From the NCBI GenBank assembly GCA_011364985.1, contig RDOC01000004.1:152218-216217 (forward strand): DNA of 64,000 nucleotides, in the 5' to 3' direction. Numbering within the stretch: the stretch's first letter is position 1; every line of letters begins with the position of its first letter. Shown one piece after another: positions 19,709 to 28,349 of the stretch. Below the pieces are notes generated by a model. The model saw only the letters and a program-made list of their open reading frames with translations. It searched no databases and was not told where the DNA came from. A program made the position numbers and the translations under genes. Source of the stretch: Candidatus Thorarchaeota archaeon (lineage in GTDB: Archaea; Asgardarchaeota; Thorarchaeia; Thorarchaeales; Thorarchaeaceae).

Positions 19709-20584
19709 GTGAATATTATTACATACCATAGCCAAGAAAGAGAAGATACAGCAGCCAGACCGGTTCGACTTGATAGAACTGAAGGGCATGTGATTATTGA
19801 GGGAAGGGCCTACCCCGCAAGAGAACTGGTTGAGGCTTTGGCTCAGAGTGGATATGCTGAGCTGAGATCCATGGGAGACTCTCTTGTTCTAGGAAGAAGA
19901 AAGATAACACCTATTTTCAAGTCGAGACAGGAACGAGCAATGGCGGCACTTTGTCATGGAAGTCTGGCCTTTTGCTGCCCTCTTTCGAAACGGTGCGCTG
20001 AGAGAAATAGGGCTCTTGAGATGCTGGGATTGACCCCAGCCGACTATGAACAGATGAAAGGTGAAGCGCATCTCAGGTTTATAGAATTGGCCAAAGGACA
20101 TCCTCGCGAATCGCGTTCCTATGAGCCTCTCGGATACAGGACAGCGAATCGACCGGCAGACGATTACGGCTACGGACAGGATGAATACAGAAGAGACTTT
20201 GATTCCCTTGACAGAGCTCTTTCACGAGAAGAGCAAAAGCAAGATAGCCAACGCTCACCATGGTCTTCCGAGTCTGATACTCGTGGTTCTCAGACTCATT
20301 CTGAGTATAATAAACATGAAAGGAGTGATCTGTACTCTGACCTTGGATCGCTCTTCGGCGAACATGCTGGCTCAGGCATCGAAATCCCATCTTCAGGAAG
20401 AGCATGCAAGACTTGTGGTGATGAGAATATCGAAGGCCTTGGCTCGCTATTCAGTCAGGGCGAACTAAGTCCATTCAGTAGTGATCATCGGGACAATCGT
20501 GAGGAACGTGCTTTCTGTTTCTCGTGCGGAAGAACATTCAGAGAGGGCACTAAGGTCTGTCCATGGTGTGGAGTCACTCAGTAG
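19709..20584 (+). CDS. Protein with a methanogenesis-marker-9-like Cys cluster and C-terminal double Zn ribbon
   Basis: CHGSLAFCCPLSKRC..R..AL..LG....Y..MK; C-terminal FCFSCG...CPWCG. Confidence 0.6.
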   Translation: MNIITYHSQEREDTAARPVRLDRTEGHVIIEGRAYPARELVEALAQSGYAELRSMGDSLVLGRRKITPIFKSRQERAMAALCHGSLAFCCPLSKRCAERNRALEMLGLTPADYEQMKGEAHLRFIELAKGHPRESRSYEPLGYRTANRPADDYGYGQDEYRRDFDSLDRALSREEQKQDSQRSPWSSESDTRGSQTHSEYNKHERSDLYSDLGSLFGEHAGSGIEIPSSGRACKTCGDENIEGLGSLFSQGELSPFSSDHRDNREERAFCFSCGRTFREGTKVCPWCGVTQ

Positions 20585-21609
20585 TTGCCAATAGCACTCT
20601 CACGTCTAGTTGAGTAGTCTGCGGGATAACTAAAGGTGGTCATGAACCGCTCAATGCTAGCATCCCTTCCCAATGCCTTCAATTCTTGAAGTTGCTCCAT
20701 GGACACTACTCCCCATCGAAATAGCGAAGCTGTACCACCACGCCGTGTGAACTCGTTAGTGAAATAAAGCGACTCTATTAGCTCATTATACTCTGCGGAA
20801 CCGCTGGTCGGAAGAATCGGACTCCACGGATAGAGATTGATAATCACACTTCCTGTAATGTCAAGGATTCCATTGTAGTCATAACCGTACTGACCCTTCC
20901 CTCCCTCTGAGAAGCCGGTTTCAGGGTCAAGCAATACTTCAACTGAAAGCTTCAGAGGCGTTTCTCTGCCGGTTTTCTCATCTGATGCTCTTGCTGCTGC
21001 TTGCAGGCGCCTAAGACCCTCATTGACCTTGCCAGCCCTCCACTCATGCCACTTGGCATGGTAGTCAGGATTCTCAGTAATATACTCGTATGTGAGCCGA
21101 GCTGGTTCCTGATCGACAGTTGGTGCGAACTCGTTTCTGCACCTGTCACAGAAACAGAAGTGGTCACGAATGAATCCAGCGCCAAAAAGAAGGATCTCAT
21201 CTATGGGAAAAGCACCGAGCTCACTTACTATTTCTGCACCGTATGCCCAAAACTCCTCCCTGTTAGGACATATTTGGTGAGGCATTGGTTCACCTCTGGG
21301 CGAAACAGTGTGGTACTTCGGGTCGCGTGCAAACCATCCATCAGTGTAGAAATCCATGCTGGCGACAGTATGAATGTCTAACGTGTGTGTTAAGTCGACC
21401 AGCTCCTGAAAAAGCTGAGTATTCTGCTCCTGCACTGGTGCAATCTTACTTGGAAAATTTACATATCCAGTGGGACCTTTCCCAACAATCCCTATCGATT
21501 CCATGTAAGATGCGTAGGTTGATACGAAATCCTTCGCGGACATGTCAATGTCCCCGGGCTTCAGAAGGATGAGAAGTTTTTGCATGAAGAATTCCCTGAA
21601 GTTAGACAT
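20578..21609 (-). CDS. Glycoside-hydrolase-like TIM-barrel protein (GHL/GH42-like)
   Basis: ICPN, FCFCDRCRNEF, WHEWR motifs typical of GHL10/GH42-like barrels. Confidence 0.55.
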   Translation of the reverse strand: MSNFREFFMQKLLILLKPGDIDMSAKDFVSTYASYMESIGIVGKGPTGYVNFPSKIAPVQEQNTQLFQELVDLTHTLDIHTVASMDFYTDGWFARDPKYHTVSPRGEPMPHQICPNREEFWAYGAEIVSELGAFPIDEILLFGAGFIRDHFCFCDRCRNEFAPTVDQEPARLTYEYITENPDYHAKWHEWRAGKVNEGLRRLQAAARASDEKTGRETPLKLSVEVLLDPETGFSEGGKGQYGYDYNGILDITGSVIINLYPWSPILPTSGSAEYNELIESLYFTNEFTRRGGTASLFRWGVVSMEQLQELKALGRDASIERFMTTFSYPADYSTRRESAIGNY

Positions 21610-21723
21610 TTTTCCGACTCCGGCAACGTCAATGGTCTTGTATCTGCCCTTTAGCGTTTTCCCATGTGTCCTCTATAAGAATTTCTTGGGGATACTCGCA
21701 GCATTTCCCGTTGCTACACCTTC

Positions 21724-24513
21724 TTAAAAGAACTGGTCCAATGTAGTGAATCCCAATAATTCTTCAAAATCGATGCCTACTGAATCCAAGACTTGCTCAA
21801 AAACTGACCGCAATGTATCGATATACTTGTCTTTATCAAGCCAGTAGCTCGACCCTTCGGCAAGCTGCACTGGAAGCAAGTCCTCTGGTCCCTTTATCTT
21901 AATGTATTCAACAATAGTACCAGGCGGAACATCATATCCAGCATCCTTCAACATCAAGGCAGCACGGACATGCTGTGGTGTAGTCTTTCCATAGGCATCG
22001 AGGGGTTTGGTCATTTGAACACGAAAAGCAAGTTCCTCAGGCTCATAGGGATCTGCTTTTCCTTCAAGGCGGTCGATGACACAATTGACTATTTCTCGCA
22101 CCTCATCCTTTGCCGTCTCAAATCCTTCAGGGTTATCGACTTTGCTCAATGCATGTAGCATTTCACGGAAAGCATTTTGAACAAAGTCTGGCGTGTTTCG
22201 CTTCTTTCCGCTGAGCCCCTTAACCTCGACATAGCCTGATGGGTAGACTCCAATGTAGTTCTTCTTTCTCTCTGACAAGGCCACATACTTGTAGGTTTTT
22301 TCAACCTCAAGGTCAATCCCCAGCTCCTCTCGGGACCACTTGATCAGATCATCTTGTTGTTCGGGAGAGGGATTGTCAAGGAATACCGAGTCTGTATCAC
22401 CATACAAGACTCGAACATCCATCGATTCCGCCTGTTCCTTGGTCTTCATGATTGCATTTCTTCCATAGGCAGTAACACTCTCTGCAGCCGGCATACAGAA
22501 GAGCTCAAAGTGCTGTGCTCCGGTTACGCCATAGGCCGCGTTGACAAAGACCTTGAGCGCCTTTTCCACCACACCGTACCAGTTACGCGCCTGATCGTCA
22601 AGGCTCCTGTCTTTGCTCCTCGACTTGAACCATTTTACTCTCGTGTCTCGAAAGAAACCAATAGTCTGGCTAATCATACCCTTTCGTTTCTTGCATATCC
22701 AGTGGTCTGTTTCAGGAACACGATTATCTGTCGCATTCTTGCATTCTTCGTGAGAACAATCAACAGTTTCATAGCTGATGTTATGTTTCTTCATAATTGT
22801 GGGATATAGACTTGCAAAGTCTAGGACTGTTGTATTGAAGTGAACTCCAGCTTCAGGTTCAATTACGATAGCTCCTTTGAACCGCTTTTCTTTAATCATT
22901 GCTTCAGTGTGAGCCTCGGCTGACTTTAACGTGTCAATATCAATTCGCCTTGGAATAAGGAATCCTCGAGACCTATGTTCCTGTCTAAAGAGAGACTGAA
23001 TCCATGAGGATATGCCAAGACGAGTAACGTCTTCCATTGAAAGGCGCGAGATACGCATCAATAGGACAATTAGGCGCAATAAGAGATTGTCATCATAAGA
23101 GGTAATTCTTTGAGTAATATTGGCATCAAGCCAACAATAGTGAGCTAGTTCGTTGTACGGCAAGGCAGAGATATCAGTACTAAGCTCCAGTTTCCCGATT
23201 CCTAGGAGTCCATGTGCAATGGAGTCTAAGTTTGATTGCTCATACGCACCGGAAAGAGCATAGAGTCGAATGGATGGGTTCTTGAGAAACCTATAGAGAT
23301 CAACGTGAATTCCTTTGCGCAAAAGAGCCAGATCTCTTGCCAGATAGATTGGGCAATCAGTATCCATGTCGACATTAAGCTTCTTCGCTCTATTGTACAA
23401 GTATTGAAGATCAAAAGCATCGCCAACAAAAGTCAGAACAATGGGATAGTCATCCATGAGTTGGAAGGCATCAAGGAGCATTTTCCGCTCATCCTCGTAA
23501 TAGACAATGTCAAGCTCCTTCGGGAAGTTTGGTTGCTTTGGACCTTCAACTATACCTTTTCTCTTTAGAACAAAACACTTCTGGAAGGTTTCGTTATCAG
23601 AGAAACCAATAGCCGTTACCTCATTGGGTGCCGTCGCAGCATCAGGAACCCTATTCCTAACGGGAGTGTACACCTCTATGTCAACAGCGATTCTTCTAAT
23701 GTCAGGAACCTCTGTGAAAAACATTGGAGAATATGATGAGATTATGTCATCCAGACCTTTCTCATCACCAATCACTTGTTTGAACTCATTAAGTAAGGAT
23801 TCATCCAATTGTGGAGGACACGGTACCAAGTTACCCTTCTCAATCTTGTAGAGCAGTCCACTCACAATGTTCTGATCATAGGTGTAACAATTCCGGTATC
23901 GGATGTTTGCCTCCCAAGCGTGACTAATAGGCTCAGGGCCACTTCTGTCCACAAGACGGTCTCTAATGGCACCCGCAGAACCGCCAATTGCAAGAGGATC
24001 AGTTCCAATGACCTTTGTCATTTTCACCGTTGTATCACGCAAGAGATCAGTCAATGGCACCTCCTCAACCCGAACAAAGCCTCTATGAGAGCCAGTCTTT
24101 TCTTCCACAACTTGCACTGGATAGTCGGTGTAGCAATACGGTTTGTGACCACGATTATCAAACCAGAAATGGATTCTCTTTGATTTGGGTTCATAGAGTC
24201 TCGCAAATGCACAATTTTCGGAGCCGGAATAGTCAACAGAAAGAAGATATGATGGTGGAAGATCCGTTGGCCTATCTTGTTCCTGTGCTTTCAGTGGAGC
24301 TACAATTTCTTCCTCTTCTTCCTCCTCCACCTCATTTTCATCCGTGGAATTGTCGTTTAATTCGGTGTTCTTGCTAGATGTGTGTGCTTTGGCGTCAGGT
24401 GATAGCGGTTTTCTTGGAGGCACTTTTGGCTGTTTGTCGTCGGTTTGACCAAAGAAGTCCTCTAAGTTGGATTGTGTGTCTTCGTCATCTTGCCTGTCAT
24501 TGGACAATTCCAT
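21724..24513 (-). CDS. polB1: Family B DNA polymerase (PolB1 type)
   Basis: Exo I DIEV, Exo II G..FD, DFASLYPTIM, KVFVNAAYG, YGDTDS, KKNYIG, GKKRNTP. Confidence 0.95.
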   Translation of the reverse strand: MELSNDRQDDEDTQSNLEDFFGQTDDKQPKVPPRKPLSPDAKAHTSSKNTELNDNSTDENEVEEEEEEEIVAPLKAQEQDRPTDLPPSYLLSVDYSGSENCAFARLYEPKSKRIHFWFDNRGHKPYCYTDYPVQVVEEKTGSHRGFVRVEEVPLTDLLRDTTVKMTKVIGTDPLAIGGSAGAIRDRLVDRSGPEPISHAWEANIRYRNCYTYDQNIVSGLLYKIEKGNLVPCPPQLDESLLNEFKQVIGDEKGLDDIISSYSPMFFTEVPDIRRIAVDIEVYTPVRNRVPDAATAPNEVTAIGFSDNETFQKCFVLKRKGIVEGPKQPNFPKELDIVYYEDERKMLLDAFQLMDDYPIVLTFVGDAFDLQYLYNRAKKLNVDMDTDCPIYLARDLALLRKGIHVDLYRFLKNPSIRLYALSGAYEQSNLDSIAHGLLGIGKLELSTDISALPYNELAHYCWLDANITQRITSYDDNLLLRLIVLLMRISRLSMEDVTRLGISSWIQSLFRQEHRSRGFLIPRRIDIDTLKSAEAHTEAMIKEKRFKGAIVIEPEAGVHFNTTVLDFASLYPTIMKKHNISYETVDCSHEECKNATDNRVPETDHWICKKRKGMISQTIGFFRDTRVKWFKSRSKDRSLDDQARNWYGVVEKALKVFVNAAYGVTGAQHFELFCMPAAESVTAYGRNAIMKTKEQAESMDVRVLYGDTDSVFLDNPSPEQQDDLIKWSREELGIDLEVEKTYKYVALSERKKNYIGVYPSGYVEVKGLSGKKRNTPDFVQNAFREMLHALSKVDNPEGFETAKDEVREIVNCVIDRLEGKADPYEPEELAFRVQMTKPLDAYGKTTPQHVRAALMLKDAGYDVPPGTIVEYIKIKGPEDLLPVQLAEGSSYWLDKDKYIDTLRSVFEQVLDSVGIDFEELLGFTTLDQFF

Positions 24514-24592
24514 TCACACTTTCTGTCAATTTATTTGACCTGATAAGCACTTCCCATGATAAACAGAGTTCTTAAGAACAACAGTACTTTAG

Positions 24593-25033
24593 ATGGACAT
24601 GGTTCGTTCGATTGAAACAAGACCGATGCGTGTGATCGTTGCCCGTATGGAACCTGGAGAGGATATTCTTGACACAATCGAAAAAGTTGTGGAAACAAAA
24701 GGTATTCGCTCAGGAACCATCAACCTGATTGGTGCAACATCGAGGGTGCAACTTGGATATTTCGATAGAAGAGCAAATGAATACAAGAGCTTCCTCCTCA
24801 ATGAAGACTTGGAAGTCGTTTCCTGCATGGGGAATATCTCAAGACTGGAGGATGGAAGTCCTGTCATTCATGCACACATGATAGTATCAAGTGAAACTGG
24901 GAATTGCTACGGGGGACACTTGATGAAGGGATGTGAGGTATCAGTCACAATCGAGATGATTATCCAAGAAATGGATATTGACATGACTAGGGCAACAGAC
25001 TCGCACACAGGTTTGAATCTGTTAGACCTTTGA
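24593..25033 (+). CDS. PPC/DUF296 domain protein
   Basis: RMEPGED, EVVSCMGNIS, HAH, GGHL. Confidence 0.9.
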   Translation: MDMVRSIETRPMRVIVARMEPGEDILDTIEKVVETKGIRSGTINLIGATSRVQLGYFDRRANEYKSFLLNEDLEVVSCMGNISRLEDGSPVIHAHMIVSSETGNCYGGHLMKGCEVSVTIEMIIQEMDIDMTRATDSHTGLNLLDL

Positions 25034-25053
25034 AATACTCAGGAACTTCCAAA

Positions 25054-25488
25054 CTAGATATCAACTGATGCAATTAGTCTTGCAGTGAACTCTAGTTCCT
25101 TCTTATCTGCCATCTTCTCTCTATAATCATCGGGAAATCGGAACCCAAACGCATCCCCCTTATTGCGGGGTATCACATGGAAATGAAGGTGTGGGACTTC
25201 CTGTCCCGCACCAGCACCATTGGCTGCGGCTGTGAGTACTCCATCAGGGTTTAGAGCACTTTTGACCCTTCGGACAAGTTCTGCAAGTCGCTTGCTCATA
25301 TGTGCTAAGACACTCAGATCGACATCAAAGAGATTCTCATAATGCATCTTTGGAATTAGCAGACAGTGTCCGTTCCGCACTGGGAATATATCCATGAAGG
25401 CGATGCAAATGTCATCTTCAAAGACTCTTGTTGATGGAATTTCGCCTCGTATTATCTTGCAGAATGTACAATCACTTTGGCCAGACAT
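25054..25488 (-). CDS. HIT family nucleotide hydrolase
   Basis: CTFCKII, GHCLLIPK.H, AGQEVPHLHFHVIPR histidine triad. Confidence 0.95.
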   Translation of the reverse strand: MSGQSDCTFCKIIRGEIPSTRVFEDDICIAFMDIFPVRNGHCLLIPKMHYENLFDVDLSVLAHMSKRLAELVRRVKSALNPDGVLTAAANGAGAGQEVPHLHFHVIPRNKGDAFGFRFPDDYREKMADKKELEFTARLIASVDI

Positions 25489-25597
25489 GGAGAAGAAACG
25501 GTAATACTACGAGATAAAGTGTTGCATAGATAAATAGGAGAGCTGCACAAGTCTCATTAGTTAGTCTCTCCGGTGAAGGAATTAGACTCTTCAGACG

Positions 25598-26788
25598 GTG
25601 GTGGCATTGAGCGGTAGAAGAAAGCTTGTCCTCTTTGACCAAACGCAGAACGAACGTGGAAGGTTAGATACGACCTATTCCGACTTGGGAGAACTTCTCA
25701 GAGATAATGATTTCGATGTAGAGCCTTATACTGAGTTCATGCTTCTAGCAAAGAATTTGAGTAACGCAGATGTGCTGGTCTTCGGATGCCCAAATAGCTC
25801 GAAGCTAAGACCAGCAGAAATTGATGTGCTGAAGAGATTCGTTCAAAAGGGAGGGGGCTTGATGCTGCTTTCGCTCTCGGGAGGAGACCGAGGCCTAATG
25901 AACAACATGAGCCAAATCTCAAAAGGCTTTGGCATTAGCTTTGAGAATACCGCGGTAAAGGATGAAAGAAGTAACGCAGGCTTACCTACAATGCCCCTGA
26001 TTTCAAACATAGCCCCACACCCAACAACGGTTGATGTAAACGACATTTTGGTGCCATCGGCTTGCACACTCTCGGTGAGCGAAAATGCAAAGGCTATTGC
26101 AACGACTTCGGAAACGGCGGAACCATCCAATAAGCCAGTAATAGCCATCGCAGAAAGTGGAAAAGGCAGAGTGCTTTGCTCAGGAAGCTATGAGATCTTC
26201 AGAAGAGGTGGAGGTCTAAAGCACCAAGGCAACAAGGTTCTTGCTGTAAATGCCTTCAAGTGGCTAAGCGGAGAAGTCACGGTCGCCAAACCAAGCAAGG
26301 TTGCTGAATCCCAGAGAAAAGATTCGGACAAGGAATCCAAGACTCCTAAAGGTACAAAGATGGAAACTTCCCCGGAGATTGAAGCAACACTTCGTAGGCT
26401 TGTTAATGCAGTATTCGACCTTCAGAAGGATATATCAAAGGTTACAAAAGAAACAGAGAAGATTGAAAAGAATATTGAAAAGCTCAGGAACCAGTTTCAG
26501 GATTTTGCAGAAAAGACACAATCGCAACTTGGAGTAATGATTCCTGCAAAACAATTCAAGACGGAAGAAGAAAACCGCATGGCGGAGCTTGAAGGAGATA
26601 TCAAGGCGCTGAGGAAGGAAATTGACTCGGTTCAACAGCTTCGAAACCATATTGAGGAACGCCACTCTGCTGCAGCAATGCCCAAAGAAACCTATGAGGA
26701 GCAGGCAAAGAAACTTGATACACGAATGAAAAGTCTTGAGGAGAAACTGGCAAAGAGAGAGATGGAACTCGCCGACTTGGTCTCTTGA
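25598..26788 (+). CDS. GIFT/IFT52-like (class I GATase-like) domain + C-terminal coiled coil
   Basis: VLFDQTQNE, DVLVFGCP, EIDVLKRFVQKGGGL, GKGRVLCSGSYEIF, N...A.NAFKWL; heptad-rich C-terminal ~140 aa; no signal peptide. Confidence 0.7.
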   Translation: MVALSGRRKLVLFDQTQNERGRLDTTYSDLGELLRDNDFDVEPYTEFMLLAKNLSNADVLVFGCPNSSKLRPAEIDVLKRFVQKGGGLMLLSLSGGDRGLMNNMSQISKGFGISFENTAVKDERSNAGLPTMPLISNIAPHPTTVDVNDILVPSACTLSVSENAKAIATTSETAEPSNKPVIAIAESGKGRVLCSGSYEIFRRGGGLKHQGNKVLAVNAFKWLSGEVTVAKPSKVAESQRKDSDKESKTPKGTKMETSPEIEATLRRLVNAVFDLQKDISKVTKETEKIEKNIEKLRNQFQDFAEKTQSQLGVMIPAKQFKTEEENRMAELEGDIKALRKEIDSVQQLRNHIEERHSAAAMPKETYEEQAKKLDTRMKSLEEKLAKREMELADLVS

Positions 26789-26793
26789 ATATC

Positions 26794-28338
26794 CTAATAG
26801 CCATCTGCTCTGCTCGTATTCTCTGTCTGGTCATAAACGTGATACTTTGCCTTTGAAAGAATCAGTCGTAGTCCTGCTCTAGCGGGTCTTGTTAGGAGGT
26901 TGTATATATCAGAGAAAGCACTTTTGAGAATGTAGGCAAGGAATATCAGAATTAGATAGAGAAGGTATAGGTTCCTGTCAGGAATCATAATGGCAATAGC
27001 AAGAATGAACGGGTTAACAAGCATGGGCAAAGAGACCTGCAACTTATCCAAATCCCTGTTGCATATTGCAGATACTGAGAGAATTGAGAAGAAAGGAGCA
27101 AATACCACTGTATAGTACTTGTAGATGCCGCGGGGAGAGAAGAGGTGTACACTTAACATCAAGAGAAAGGTCAGATAGAATATTCTCCGCCAGTACCCAC
27201 GAAGGTTGCGATCATCCTTGACTTCGATAAGTAGAAGCAGAAAGACTGGAATGACACCAATCAGTAGCAAAATGGAGTATAAGTTCAGAAGGTCAAGGAT
27301 TTCGGCTAGCCATTGTAGCATCGGCACAAGGGCTTCGAGCTGAGTGGTCTCAGCTTGTATACCCGCAACAACGAATAAAACAGCAATTGTGATAGGGGAA
27401 TTAGAAGGAGGGAGCTTTGTGAAGCTTGCTAGATGTGTAGCTCCTGCTCTTTGCAGAATGTTATACAAGTAATTGGCAGGATCTAGAATGTATGGCATCG
27501 ATGCAATGCCTGCATAGATAATCACGATAATCGCAATCTTTGCAAATTCTACGAGATCCAGATTATCATCAGCCTTGTGGTTTTCTTCTTCAGATACTTC
27601 ATTGCTTTGCTCGATCATCCTAGGAGGCCGTCGAAACAAATACGCGAAGAGGGGAAGTGCGAAGAAGAATGCCGTCTGTTTGAAAAGAGCGGACATTGTC
27701 ATGGAGATTGCCCCTGCAATCCTATAATCCTTCATCAGCAGATAGAAGGAGAGCATAGCGAAAAAGACGAAAGGCGCAGGATTTAACCATTCAAAGACTG
27801 TATAATAGAGAACAATCGGACTGAAGAGATAGGTAGCGGCGGCGGCCTCGCCAACTCTGCGGTTCTCAGAGAGGTACTCCGCTATCCCGTATATCGGGAA
27901 GACCGTCAGGAATCCGAAGAGCGTGATGATGAATCCAATGCCAAAATCAGGGTGGAGAAGCTTGCCGATTACGCATATGTAAAGGTATAATGGAGGAAAG
28001 AAATAGGGGACATTGAACGAGTCTGAATTAACGATGATGGTATCAAATTCGGGGGTATACGGAAGCTCGCCACCGAGGAACTGTTCAGCCCAGTTATGAT
28101 AGAAGTAGTCATGATCAGCCCAACCTTCCAAGTTCAGATGAATTGTATAGCCGAAGATATCAAACTCGCCATATCCGTTCCACACCGCTCTGAAAGGACG
28201 AGCTCCACCAGAGACAAAGTCAATAGCAGCTTCATTGAACACCCAAGCCCAGACAGCTGCTGCAGCTAGTAGAACTACGATGAACAGACCATTTCCTTTG
28301 ATTGTATTCTTAACGCTATTCAAAGGATAACGTTTCAT
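26794..28338 (-). CDS. GT-C fold membrane glycosyltransferase (GT87/PMT-like)
   Basis: EGWAD acidic loop after TM1, YFFPPL, SALFKQ, PRGIYKYY; about 11-13 TM segments. Confidence 0.7.
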   Translation of the reverse strand: MKRYPLNSVKNTIKGNGLFIVVLLAAAAVWAWVFNEAAIDFVSGGARPFRAVWNGYGEFDIFGYTIHLNLEGWADHDYFYHNWAEQFLGGELPYTPEFDTIIVNSDSFNVPYFFPPLYLYICVIGKLLHPDFGIGFIITLFGFLTVFPIYGIAEYLSENRRVGEAAAATYLFSPIVLYYTVFEWLNPAPFVFFAMLSFYLLMKDYRIAGAISMTMSALFKQTAFFFALPLFAYLFRRPPRMIEQSNEVSEEENHKADDNLDLVEFAKIAIIVIIYAGIASMPYILDPANYLYNILQRAGATHLASFTKLPPSNSPITIAVLFVVAGIQAETTQLEALVPMLQWLAEILDLLNLYSILLLIGVIPVFLLLLIEVKDDRNLRGYWRRIFYLTFLLMLSVHLFSPRGIYKYYTVVFAPFFSILSVSAICNRDLDKLQVSLPMLVNPFILAIAIMIPDRNLYLLYLILIFLAYILKSAFSDIYNLLTRPARAGLRLILSKAKYHVYDQTENTSRADGY

Positions 28339-28349
28339 CTGGTCACCTC

